A stretch of 64,000 nt of DNA from Minisyncoccia bacterium (GTDB lineage: Bacteria; Patescibacteriota; Minisyncoccia; 2-02-FULL-40-12; IGHO2-01-FULL-4-A), in NCBI GenBank assembly GCA_050015375.1, contig JBEKBN010000001.1:34683-98682 (forward strand), written 5' to 3'. This document shows, one piece after another, positions 47,450 through 56,648 of the stretch (the first letter of the stretch is position 1; every line of letters begins with the position of its first letter). The notes under the pieces were generated by a model that was not told where the DNA came from, made no database searches, and saw nothing but the letters and a program-made list of their open reading frames with translations. Both the position numbers and the translations under genes were made by a program.

Positions 47450-48508
47450 TCAATTGGCATTCATCTCTACTGTCTGGGTGAAAATAACCTTGTTGAGGTA
47501 GCTGATCTGGATCGTTTTTTGGCCGGCCGTGTCGCTAATTTTAAAGAAACTGTTATGTTTATAGGGCGTGAACTCAAATGTTGTCGTTTGTCCAGGCGCG
47601 ATGGGTTCAACCAAACCTATTTGTTCGGGGACTTCTTTCGTAAACCCCAGTAAAACGGCTGTCAGTGTTGTATTTGAATCCGAGATCTTTGTACCTGTAT
47701 TTTTTACAGTAACGGTTATCTGCACATCTGGGCTGTTAACTATGGGGTGGGCCGGGTAGACGGTTGCGCTCGTTATGCTTAAATTAACAGAACCGTTTGG
47801 ATTGCTTGTGCTTTGTGGTGGATTGGTTTTGTTTTCCTCGTATGCGAGAGTCGCATCCATGTCAAGTTTCCAACTGCCTCCCTCGCTAATAAAAACCCAA
47901 TCAGCGGTAGTCGGAGCTCCGTTTGTTGCTGTGGTTGTTATGTTGGCAACAATGTTAGCGCCCGATTGAAACACGTTATTCACAGTGATTGACGTACCAG
48001 ACGGAACCAGTTGGCCACCAGAAGTGGAGATTTCATTAGCAGTTTTGGCAGAAACGTATTTAAGAAGAAGGTTGCCATTCCCACTTGAGATGTCCTGGCG
48101 CATGTCTGCGAGTATTGCTTTTACGGCATCTATATTGGTATTTGAGGCATTCGTGGTGGTTGAGGTGCTGGGAGTTGAAGTAACCGTCGGTGTTAAACTT
48201 GATGACGGAGAAACCGATGGTGAATTCGTGATATTTGTAACGGCGGCAATGGGTGATTTGTTGCCAGTTGATTTCCAGTAGAAATAGCCGGCGGCGGCAA
48301 TGATAATAACCAAGACCACGATTATTGAGATGACCAATCCCTTTTTTGATTTCTTTGGAGTATTAACGGTTGAGACATTACTAGACAAAGCTTCCGATAT
48401 TTCACTTTCCGGCCAGCCGGAATTCAAAAGCGCTTGCCTGATCTGTCCATCATTTATTCCCGACCGGCGGCTTTGCGCCACGTAGTCCAAAATTTGTTGA
48501 TTGGCCAT
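47450..48508 (-). CDS. Single-pass surface protein with C-terminal CARDB/Ig-like domain
   Basis: IRQALLNSGW N-terminal motif, TM, S/T linker, ITVTVKNTG...IAPGQT. Confidence 0.7.
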   Translation of the reverse strand: MANQQILDYVAQSRRSGINDGQIRQALLNSGWPESEISEALSSNVSTVNTPKKSKKGLVISIIVVLVIIIAAAGYFYWKSTGNKSPIAAVTNITNSPSVSPSSSLTPTVTSTPSTSTTTNASNTNIDAVKAILADMRQDISSGNGNLLLKYVSAKTANEISTSGGQLVPSGTSITVNNVFQSGANIVANITTTATNGAPTTADWVFISEGGSWKLDMDATLAYEENKTNPPQSTSNPNGSVNLSITSATVYPAHPIVNSPDVQITVTVKNTGTKISDSNTTLTAVLLGFTKEVPEQIGLVEPIAPGQTTTFEFTPYKHNSFFKISDTAGQKTIQISYLNKVIFTQTVEMNAN

Positions 48509-48571
48509 ATCACAATTCTACCACCCTTTGAGGGGGGGGGCAACAATTGAGTTACGAACATCGAAACTTTG

Positions 48572-48643
48572 AGCGGGTAACGGGAGTCAAACCCGTATCT
48601 GATTCTTGGCAAGAACCCATAATAATCGTTATACGATACCCGC
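48572..48643 (-). tRNA. tRNA-Gly(GCC) with A19-U56 variant elbow
   Basis: GCGGGTA acceptor stem, TTGCCAA loop, U73; D-loop GA and T-loop TTTGA. Confidence 0.75.
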
Positions 48644-49309
48644 GTTTTTTTCAAATGAAACTTCTTGATATAATTCTATCCAACGCAATATTTTTTGCAA
48701 TAATTTCTTATTATGGACAATAACATTACATACTCCGTTTGATAGTCTTTTTGTCGGATGCCTGCCAACAATAGTAACCGACTTTTTGAATTGTTGCAAC
48801 GGTATAGCAACCAACTTAGACCAAAATCTTTTTTGTATTTCATCGTTTAAATCCGGGTATAAGAGAAGCCGTAAAAATATTTCTTCTCTTGGGATGCTGA
48901 CTGCTTCATGTAGAAATCTGTAAAATATCCTGATCATTCCCGGGTCAGAATTACTGAGACCAACGCTACCATGTTTCAAAATTCTAGCTCCTTCGCCCCA
49001 ATAAAGCATTACGCCGGAGATAAAAAGCGGATCAAATTTCTTGATCTTAAATTCAAGTTCTGCTTCTTTTCTGTATTCCTCATGAATTAAAGCCCATTTC
49101 TTTTTTGTAGCCGCAACCATTAACCTGAGTTTCTTTGGCGAAGAAAAGGAAGCTTCACTCGCGAGTTTGTTTTTTATCTCTTGCGACCAAGATAAATCTT
49201 TAAACCAACCACAAAGCGTGGCAGTAGGAATTCCTAGTTTTCGGGAGATTTCCTTATAGCTTTTATTTTTTCTTCTCAATTCAAGAGCTTTTTCCTTGTC
49301 GTTTCTCAT
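48629..49309 (-). CDS. HTH + single LAGLIDADG-like domain protein
   Basis: ALELRR..SYKEISRKLGIP HTH; GVMLYWGEG, SNSDP; stop codon inside tRNA-Gly. Confidence 0.7.
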   Translation of the reverse strand: MRNDKEKALELRRKNKSYKEISRKLGIPTATLCGWFKDLSWSQEIKNKLASEASFSSPKKLRLMVAATKKKWALIHEEYRKEAELEFKIKKFDPLFISGVMLYWGEGARILKHGSVGLSNSDPGMIRIFYRFLHEAVSIPREEIFLRLLLYPDLNDEIQKRFWSKLVAIPLQQFKKSVTIVGRHPTKRLSNGVCNVIVHNKKLLQKILRWIELYQEVSFEKNAGIV

Positions 49310-49420
49310 GTTTGTGGATAAGTTATCAAACTGCCTGTTGATAGTATAGATTTATTATACAACGGGGTTCAAAAAATGAAAGTCCGTTTTGTGGATAAGC
49401 CAAAGAGAAAGTGCATAAAC

Positions 49421-49451
49421 GAAAAACCGTCAATTTAATGACGGTTTTTCC
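49421..49451. terminator. Terminator after the tRNA-Val/Phe pair
   Basis: GAAAAACCGTCA...TGACGGTTTTTC. Confidence 0.65.
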
Positions 49452-49507
49452 GATGTGCCGTGGGTCAAAATTAAAACAGGCAAAAGCTTGTTTTAATTCT
49501 TGATTTG

Positions 49508-49578
49508 TGCCGCGGAGGTGAATCGGACACCTTTCTAATGCTCTTCAGGCATCTGCTTTACCATTAAGCTACCGCGGC
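49508..49578 (-). tRNA. tRNA-Phe(GAA)
   Basis: GCCGCGG acceptor stem; anticodon loop CTGAAGA; T-loop TCCGATT. Confidence 0.8.
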
Positions 49579-49596
49579 AATAATTTTGTCGAACTG

Positions 49597-49668
49597 TGGG
49601 CCCAGTAGGAATCGAACCTACTACCTCTTCAATGTCAATGAAGCGTTCTGCCAGTGAACTATGAGCCC
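49597..49668 (-). tRNA. tRNA-Val(GAC)
   Basis: Cloverleaf; anticodon loop TTGACAT. Confidence 0.9.
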
Positions 49669-50351
49669 ATACCTATCACTTTGTCATGGTACATTTCACC
49701 AAGATACAATAATTTTCTTTGAATCGCAACATGGCCACATGTGATGACACAGACACCTTTATAGTCAGGATAAGTTTTCCGGCCGGCCGTTCTTTGATCC
49801 ATTGCGACGCCCGTGAAATTTGCAAGCGGAATCTTGAGGTTTTTTGACCAATATCTTTTCATTTTTTCAGGATTTTGATCGGCTCGAAGGTGGAGGGAGC
49901 ATTTAAAATCACAAATGGGGACACCATACATTTTCTTTAATGCGGTTATAAAGAATTTTAGTATTTTTAAATCGGAATTTCCCATACCGGTTCCCACGCC
50001 TTTTTTCATTCCTTCGCCGAGGTATAGAAAAGATAACGCTAATTCAAGTATATTTAAATTAGAAACGTCTATTTCTTTTAAAGAATCCTCCGCCTCTTTC
50101 TTGGCTTTTTCTAATCTGGCTTTTTTCTGGGCGTTATGCCAAAGAACCGCTTGCATCCTTGCTGTATCAAGTCCTTTTTGCGAATTTGCCGCTAATATTT
50201 CCTTCTGTTTCTTAGTTAGATTTATCTTTCTAAACCAGCCACTCAGAGTCGAACGAGGGATACCAAACTCGTGTTCAACTTTTGTCATAGATATACCTTG
50301 CCGTCGCATCGCTAAAGCGGATTCTTTCGACTTGTACCACCTTGATATCAT
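49659..50351 (-). CDS. HTH + single LAGLIDADG-like domain protein (paralogue of 48629)
   Basis: ALAMRRQG...GIPRSTLSGWF; FLYLGEG, GNSD; stop codon inside tRNA-Val. Confidence 0.7.
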   Translation of the reverse strand: MISRWYKSKESALAMRRQGISMTKVEHEFGIPRSTLSGWFRKINLTKKQKEILAANSQKGLDTARMQAVLWHNAQKKARLEKAKKEAEDSLKEIDVSNLNILELALSFLYLGEGMKKGVGTGMGNSDLKILKFFITALKKMYGVPICDFKCSLHLRADQNPEKMKRYWSKNLKIPLANFTGVAMDQRTAGRKTYPDYKGVCVITCGHVAIQRKLLYLGEMYHDKVIGMGS

Positions 50352-50476
50352 AATATACATTATAACATCGGTAATACGGATGAACAATCTAGTTATCAAC
50401 AAAAAACAGCAAACCGCTGTTGTGTAGAAAACAAAACTAATAACTAGTTTCGAGCTAATAATAATTTTGTGCCTAT

Positions 50477-50728
50477 TTATTCGGCAACTAAGACCGATCC
50501 TTCTTTGGCTTTTTGGGGGAGTTCAACTGCAACCTCTTCGCCTTTTTTGCCGCCTTTCACATTTTCATGGTTGACCTGGATTGAATTGATCGTGGCATCA
50601 AATTCATCTTCCCCGTGACGGACTTTCACGGCGTCACCAATTTTAAGAGGCGCCGACAATCTCACAACCGCCACTTTTATCTTATCGTACCAATGGATCA
50701 CTATGCCGATTTCTTTTTCTTTGGCCAT
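50477..50728 (-). CDS. Small EF-Tu domain II-like beta-barrel protein
   Basis: EIGIVIHWYDKIKVAVV...LKIGD...SIQVNH. Confidence 0.7.
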   Translation of the reverse strand: MAKEKEIGIVIHWYDKIKVAVVRLSAPLKIGDAVKVRHGEDEFDATINSIQVNHENVKGGKKGEEVAVELPQKAKEGSVLVAE

Positions 50729-50765
50729 GATTATACGTTGAACAATTTTTTGATAAATCGACCTG

Positions 50766-50850
50766 TGCGCGGGAGAGGATTCGAACCTCCATGGACTTAC
50801 GTCCGCCACCACCTCAAGATGGTGCGTCTAACCAGTTTCGCCACCCGCGC
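50766..50850 (-). tRNA. tRNA-Leu(GAG)
   Basis: 85 nt with long variable arm; anticodon loop TTGAGGT. Confidence 0.9.
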
Positions 50851-50855
50851 ATTAA

Positions 50856-51527
50856 CTATACTGAACTTGCAATATTATGTAAATTATCAACCCGTAAAGC
50901 AGAATATATTTTTTTAAACTTTCTTTCAAGCCTTGGCCCTGTTGCGTTGTGGTAAACCCTCTCAATTAAAATTTTAGCTTCTTTTTTTGCGTATTTCAAT
51001 TGATATGCACGACATGTCTTATTGTAGTAATCTATATGTCCGTGAACATTGCATAATGCCATTGTTCTGTCTCTGAGCCATTTTAAATGATTTAAACTTG
51101 CAGACACAAACGATAGATAGAACAAGAAACTCGAAGCCCAGCGCTTATCCCAATAAGAATAAAAACTTCCGTCACCGTCCAAACAACCCCTGAGAAAATC
51201 GAAGTAATACTTATCCGGGATATCCAATTTTCCTAATATTTTTGATTTCGCTGGCATTAAACCAATCGAAAGTAAGAAATTATAGAAATTTTTATCTGTG
51301 AATTGCACGAAGTAATATTTTCGCTCCGGAGCAAAGCCGCTTTTCTTTAGGCACACCTTGCTATTTATTCCAAGGCATTTTTTAAATGTATCAATTTGGT
51401 CAATATCTTTTGACACAAAAACCATTGCCCTTCCATTTTTTGACAAGTTGCCATCTGTCGCAATTAGGCCTATAGCATACGCAAGTTTAGCTGACCATTC
51501 AGTAGATGTTCGTTTGAGCATCTTCAT
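50856..51527 (-). CDS. Free-standing two-motif LAGLIDADG homing endonuclease-like protein
   Basis: AYAIGLIATDG and DFLRGCLDGDG. Confidence 0.85.
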   Translation of the reverse strand: MKMLKRTSTEWSAKLAYAIGLIATDGNLSKNGRAMVFVSKDIDQIDTFKKCLGINSKVCLKKSGFAPERKYYFVQFTDKNFYNFLLSIGLMPAKSKILGKLDIPDKYYFDFLRGCLDGDGSFYSYWDKRWASSFLFYLSFVSASLNHLKWLRDRTMALCNVHGHIDYYNKTCRAYQLKYAKKEAKILIERVYHNATGPRLERKFKKIYSALRVDNLHNIASSV

Positions 51528-51593
51528 GCCATAATTATAACTCAAGCGGAAGCGTATAGCAATGCTCCCATTTAACAACCTAACTGGGTAACT

Positions 51594-52013
51594 TTATTTT
51601 TCGGCTTCTTGAGAAGAGGGTTCGGATTCGGTCCGTTGGCCAACAGATGGTTCAATGATCTTCACTTTCCGGCGGGTTTCGCGGGCGGACTTGGTGCGAA
51701 GATAATAGAGTTTGGCTTGTCGGACTTTGGAAGTTTTAGCTATCTCAAATTTTTCAATTGTCGGCAGATGCAACGGAAAAACCCGCTCCACTCCAATGCC
51801 GTTAGAAACTTTCCGGACAGTGATGGTTGCATTGGGTCCGGAGCCGTGTTTGCGAGCGATGACCATGCCCTCAAAAACCTGAACCCTGGTTTTGGCGCCC
51901 TCCTTGATGCGCTGGTGGACTTTCAGTGTGACTCCGGGCCGGATATCCGAAAACGCGCTTCCTTTCGGATCGGTGGCGGTTGTTTTCGTATTGAATGTTT
52001 GAATCTGATCCAT
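51594..52013 (-). CDS. rplS: 50S ribosomal protein L19
   Basis: [30 protein letters not shown]. Confidence 0.97.
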   Translation of the reverse strand: MDQIQTFNTKTTATDPKGSAFSDIRPGVTLKVHQRIKEGAKTRVQVFEGMVIARKHGSGPNATITVRKVSNGIGVERVFPLHLPTIEKFEIAKTSKVRQAKLYYLRTKSARETRRKVKIIEPSVGQRTESEPSSQEAEK

Positions 52014-52056
52014 TATTTTTCTCCAATTAAATCGGTCTTTGCATCTTATCCTAAAA

Positions 52057-52866
52057 TCAATTTTTTGGCAAATTGTCCAAAAAGTTTTGTAATTCCGGCG
52101 GCAGGTCGGTTTCAAGGGTCAATGCTTCGCCAGATGGCGTTCCCCCACTACCAACATTTTGGTGTGGGGGTAAAGTGAATGATAGTTTTTGAGCGTGAAG
52201 AAAAAGCCGTCCAAGTTCGGGCGGACAGCCTTCGCTCGATTTCGAGCTTCGGCGAGGCGAAGACAAACTGGAACCATAAAGTTGATCACCGACAATCGGG
52301 TGGCCGATGGATTTCAAGTGGATTCTGATTTGATGGGTGCGCCCTGTTAGAGGTCTTACCTCTAACAGGGTAAAGCCGGTAAACTCTTTTTCAACTTTAT
52401 ATTCGGTGACCGCTGATTTTTCTTTTAAGTCCCTTTTACCGTGAATTTGGGTGGTTTGTTTGGTGCCAATCTTGCCGATAGATGTTTCGATTCTGCCGGA
52501 TTCTTTTTTCATTTGGCCGACGACTAGAGCAATATATGTTTTCTTGATCTTGTGTTCTTGAAATTCTTTTTTCAGATAATCAAAAGCCGGCTGGGTTTTG
52601 GCAATTATCATCAAACCTGACGTCTCTTTATCTAGACGATGAACGATTCCTGGCCGCAAATCAACCCATTGGCCGAGCATCTCGCCATGTTTATCGGTGA
52701 CATTTTTGATCTCCGGATATTTTTCCAAAACCCAACTGACCACGCTTTCCGAGGTATCCGTCCGATTGACCGGATGCGTCAAAAGCCCCGATGGTTTATT
52801 GATGACCATTAAGTCATCATCCTCGTAAACAATTGAAATGTGAGATAATTCTGGTATCATGTTCAT
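52057..52866 (-). CDS. RluA-family pseudouridine synthase with two palindromic in-frame insertions
   Basis: [29 protein letters not shown]. Confidence 0.95.
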   Translation of the reverse strand: MNMIPELSHISIVYEDDDLMVINKPSGLLTHPVNRTDTSESVVSWVLEKYPEIKNVTDKHGEMLGQWVDLRPGIVHRLDKETSGLMIIAKTQPAFDYLKKEFQEHKIKKTYIALVVGQMKKESGRIETSIGKIGTKQTTQIHGKRDLKEKSAVTEYKVEKEFTGFTLLEVRPLTGRTHQIRIHLKSIGHPIVGDQLYGSSLSSPRRSSKSSEGCPPELGRLFLHAQKLSFTLPPHQNVGSGGTPSGEALTLETDLPPELQNFLDNLPKN

Positions 52867-52888
52867 AGTTCATATTTTGGAGGATTTT

Positions 52889-53176
52889 ATGATCATTTCA
52901 CCTTGTAACGGATTAAGAAAATGCTGGCGACATCCCGGCGGATGCGCTCGGATTGTTATTGATCCGCGGGATGAATACGCCACTCGTATGCGAAATAAAG
53001 CAAGGCGACGTCGTTTATGGCATATCGTTTTGGAACAATATCGAATTTGTAAAAAGTGGCGCTTAAATCCAATCCCGCCAGAACTTCATTTGCAAGTTGT
53101 TCTTCTTTTGGAACAAGTTCAAATGGAAACGGAACAGAGATTTTTAGAGAAGGAACAAGGAAAAAGTAATGGTTAA
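52889..53176 (+). CDS. Hypothetical protein
   Basis: GGAGG RBS; 95 aa. Confidence 0.5.
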   Translation: MIISPCNGLRKCWRHPGGCARIVIDPRDEYATRMRNKARRRRLWHIVLEQYRICKKWRLNPIPPELHLQVVLLLEQVQMETEQRFLEKEQGKSNG

Positions 53177-53220
53177 AATTAACTCATCCTGACCAGTTTA
53201 TCTGGTCTTTTTCATTTGTG

Positions 53221-53292
53221 TGGGCAGTGTAGGAATCGGACCTACGGCCTTTTGTGTGTAAAACAAACGTTCTGCCACTGAACTAACTGCCC
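53221..53292 (-). tRNA. tRNA-Val(TAC)
   Basis: Anticodon loop TTTACAC; T-loop TCCGATT. Confidence 0.85.
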
Positions 53293-53297
53293 AATTG

Positions 53298-53371
53298 TGC
53301 GCGTGCCTGGACTCGAACCAGGGACCCCGTCTTTATAAGAGACGTGCTCTAACCGACTGAGCTACACGCGC
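53298..53371 (-). tRNA. tRNA-Ile(TAT)
   Basis: CGTCT-CTTATAA-AGACG anticodon arm; A73. Confidence 0.88.
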
Positions 53372-53427
53372 ATCACGTTCAATAAAATCATAGATTTTTT
53401 CGGAGAATTGGTCAATCCAACAACCAG

Positions 53428-53690
53428 ATTGCGCCCGTTAGTTTCGAGAGTACCGTCGAAGCCGCAGTCCCGATTTGCGTAATCGCAAATCGCGGACGTC
53501 CGAGCAAGGTGTCGTGTTGTAATTTCCGCAGAGCGAAGCGGGTGGGAAATTACAACACGACGAGGACGGCGAGACGATAAGTGGAGACTTCATCTATTGA
53601 GCCGAGGATTGTCAGCAGACAAACGAGGCGAAATGATGTTCCCGCTGGGAACATAGAGTCGGAACGTCTCGAGAAACCAACAGGCGCAAT
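53428..53690 (-). ncRNA. Unrecognised ~263-nt structured element, copy 2
   Basis: Homologous to 35559-35829; ATTGCGCC/GGCGCAAT closing stem abuts the ftsH stop. Confidence 0.6.
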
Positions 53691-55513
53691 TATGCCTTGA
53701 CCAATTCGTAGAACTCTTTTTGCTCGATGGTCTCTTTTTCCATGAGAACCCCGGCAATGCGCTCAAGAATTTCCATTTTTTTTGTCAGAACCTCTTTAGC
53801 TTTTTTGTGGCCATTCTCAATCAGACGGCTTATTTCGGAATCAATGAGATTAGCTGTGGCTTCGGAATAATCATGATCGGTATTGAGGTCTTTGCCCAGA
53901 AATACCAATTCTTCTTTTTCGCCGAAAGTCACCGGCCCGATCTTCTCCGACATGCCGTATTGGGTGACCATTTTTCGGGCAAGTTCGGAAGCGACTTTGA
54001 GGTCGTTGGCGGCGCCGGTGGTCAGCTCATTGAATTTTAATTGCTCGGCGGTATAGCCGGCAAGTAAGATCGCCAACTCGGATTCAAATTCCGAACGTGA
54101 ACGCAAATGTTTGTCCTCGGTCGGCAATTTCAGAGTATAACCGCCAGCTCGGCCGCGCGAGACGATCGAGACTTTGTGGATCGGGTCGGCGTGAGGCACC
54201 GAGACCGTGACCAAAGCATGGCCGGCTTCGTGAAAAGCGGCGATATTTTTTTCTTTCTCGCTGAAAATGTGCGACCGGCGCTCGGGACCGAGAATGACCT
54301 TTTCAATGGCTTCGAACAAATTGTCCTGGGTAATTTCTTTTTGATTTTTTCTGGCGGCCAGGATCGCGCCTTCATTTATCAAATTTGCCAGATCAGCGCC
54401 GGAAAATCCGGGTGTTCTTTCGGCGACCTTGCGAAGATCAATGCTTTTGGCCAAAGGTTTGTCCTGAGCGTGGATCTTCAAGATCGCTTCGCGGTCGTTT
54501 ATCGAGGGTTCGTCAAGAATTATCCGGCGGTCGAAACGGCCTGGTCGGAGCAAAGCCGGATCAAGAATATCGGGCCTGTTAGTTGCCGCAAAAATGACCA
54601 CCGCTTCGTCGGTGCCAAAACCGTCCATCTCGACAAGGATCTGATTCAAAGTTTGTTCGCGCTCGTCATGGCCGCCGCCAAGTCCGGCCCCGCGATGTCG
54701 GCCGATGGCATCTATCTCGTCAATAAAAATTATCGAAGGCGCGGTTTTTTTCGCCGTTTCAAAAGTATCGCGGACACGTTGGGCGCCGACGCCGACGAAC
54801 ATTTCCACGAATTCAGAGCCAGAAACATAGTAGAAAGGGACAGCGGCTTCGTTAGCGACAGCTTTGGCCAGGAGCGTTTTGCCCGTGCCTGGGGCGCCGA
54901 CAAGTAAAATTCCCCGCGGCATGCGGGCGCCAAGTTTTTGGAATCTCCTCGGATCGCGCAAGAATTCAACCATCTCGTTGACCTCTTCCTTGGCTTCCAC
55001 CAAGCCGGCCACATCCTTGAAAGTGATCTTCTTTTTTCCGTCACCCTCGCCGCCGGCGATCTTGGCTTTTGATTTGCCGAAGGAGAAGGCCGTGGCCGCG
55101 CCCCGCTGGGCCTGGCGGAAAAAGAACCAGAAGATCAACAGAACAAAAAGAAAAGGCAGAACGATGGGTAGTACATTCGTCAAAAAAGCGGTCAGTCCCG
55201 ATTCATTTTTGATCTCAACATTAACCGCCGCCAATTTGGTTTTGTCGGCGCCAAGATTGGTCAAGCTGTCGCCGACGCCGACTCCGGTTTCCTTTTTGGA
55301 GGCCTCCTGGGTGTTGTCGTTGAGAACGATTGTGAGGTTGTCGGTCTGGACGGAGATACTTTTAACTTTGCCATCATTGATCTGGCCGACGACCGTGCTC
55401 AAGGTGACATTGCTGACTTTGCTTGCCGGCGGGGATTGGAAAAGCGCAAAAACCCCCGAAACGACGATCAGTATGACGAAAACTATAAGGATGTATTTGA
55501 TAAGGGATCTCAT
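53690..55513 (-). CDS. ftsH: ATP-dependent zinc metalloprotease FtsH
   Basis: [27 protein letters not shown]. Confidence 0.99.
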   Translation of the reverse strand: MRSLIKYILIVFVILIVVSGVFALFQSPPASKVSNVTLSTVVGQINDGKVKSISVQTDNLTIVLNDNTQEASKKETGVGVGDSLTNLGADKTKLAAVNVEIKNESGLTAFLTNVLPIVLPFLFVLLIFWFFFRQAQRGAATAFSFGKSKAKIAGGEGDGKKKITFKDVAGLVEAKEEVNEMVEFLRDPRRFQKLGARMPRGILLVGAPGTGKTLLAKAVANEAAVPFYYVSGSEFVEMFVGVGAQRVRDTFETAKKTAPSIIFIDEIDAIGRHRGAGLGGGHDEREQTLNQILVEMDGFGTDEAVVIFAATNRPDILDPALLRPGRFDRRIILDEPSINDREAILKIHAQDKPLAKSIDLRKVAERTPGFSGADLANLINEGAILAARKNQKEITQDNLFEAIEKVILGPERRSHIFSEKEKNIAAFHEAGHALVTVSVPHADPIHKVSIVSRGRAGGYTLKLPTEDKHLRSRSEFESELAILLAGYTAEQLKFNELTTGAANDLKVASELARKMVTQYGMSEKIGPVTFGEKEELVFLGKDLNTDHDYSEATANLIDSEISRLIENGHKKAKEVLTKKMEILERIAGVLMEKETIEQKEFYELVKA

Positions 55514-55566
55514 AGCGGGGTTATTTTAACAAACCGATATTATTATGACAATAGACGAGAGCTGAA

Positions 55567-56556
55567 TTAAACATGGCGAGGATCAAAAAACTTTTCAGAC
55601 AGTCCGAGGTCGACAACTTGGGCTAATTCATCCCAACTTATCTTGGTAGGTTCGATGTCGGGGGTCGGCGTTGAGCCGCCATTTAGGATCGAATTCGTGG
55701 CGGTGTCGTAATACCAATTATTCACCTCCGAGATTCTACCGCTTTGGATTAGGTCGAATAACTTTGAAGACAATCCGATTCCGGCGTGTTCGGCCTCCCG
55801 GACTCGTATCAATGCGACAAGCGAGCGTAGGTCAATTCGTTTTGTCGGCCTGGTCAAAATATTGACGAACCCAGCTTCTCGGCGCTGGACCACCACATCG
55901 AATCTGCCCCCAATTTGAGACCTTAAATAACCGGGCATACCGATATTGTCAGATTCGATCATAATGATTTTTAATTTTTTATCCCTTTGTTTTGCCGCAA
56001 ACTCAACGACTTTTCCTTCCAATTTTTTTTGTTCAAGTTCATTCGGAAATTCTTCGAATCTCCTTTTTTCTTCGTTATAGTGGGCGGCGATAATCGGCAA
56101 TATGGTGTTAACTACGAAATTGGGGTTATCTGGATAGCTTTTGTTCAAAGCCGCGATCAGAGCCGAAAGACCGAAAGCGCGATCTATCGGGTCAGAAGAA
56201 ATCGTGCCTTTGCCGAAAAAATCATCCCGCTTGGCATATTCCAAAAGCTTTGTTAATGTTGGGTCGTCATTAATTTCTAAAAAATCAACAACCAGTTGCG
56301 AGGCCGTAATTTGGTGTTCCTTGTTGTGATGATCGAATCTCCCGCCGCCGGTATCTATGAGAATGTGACCCTCATTTTCGAATTCTTCGGCTGACTTTTC
56401 TTTGGGCACGATTGGCCAGATCTCGACTCGAGCATTTTCTATCCCGGAAAATTGTTTACTTCCGAATATTTTTAAAATAAAAATGGCCACAATGGTATCT
56501 GGCTGGGGACGGACGGGGAGAATGATCTTGTTGTATACTGCTTGACCGCCGCTCAT
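55567..56556 (-). CDS. Hypothetical protein, MYG1/DHH-like
   Basis: PQPDTIVA, IDTGGGRFDHH. Confidence 0.6.
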   Translation of the reverse strand: MSGGQAVYNKIILPVRPQPDTIVAIFILKIFGSKQFSGIENARVEIWPIVPKEKSAEEFENEGHILIDTGGGRFDHHNKEHQITASQLVVDFLEINDDPTLTKLLEYAKRDDFFGKGTISSDPIDRAFGLSALIAALNKSYPDNPNFVVNTILPIIAAHYNEEKRRFEEFPNELEQKKLEGKVVEFAAKQRDKKLKIIMIESDNIGMPGYLRSQIGGRFDVVVQRREAGFVNILTRPTKRIDLRSLVALIRVREAEHAGIGLSSKLFDLIQSGRISEVNNWYYDTATNSILNGGSTPTPDIEPTKISWDELAQVVDLGLSEKFFDPRHV

Positions 56557-56648
56557 AACAATGCAATAATACCATGGACGATATATTGCGTCAAACACTG
56601 GCATATTGTCAACCCCGGAAGGGATGTTCTTTAATAAGAGGACTGATC

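Noticed and set aside
48572-48643. tRNA-Gly as a pseudogene
   Set aside because: The two deviations are compensatory (A19-U56) and all stems pair
50856-51527. LAGLIDADG gene as part of an intron or intein
   Set aside because: No interrupted host gene, intein Cys/His-Asn ends or group I core seen; it has its own -10 box
54107-55529. Long + strand ORFs (266 and 221 aa)
   Set aside because: Antisense shadows of ftsH
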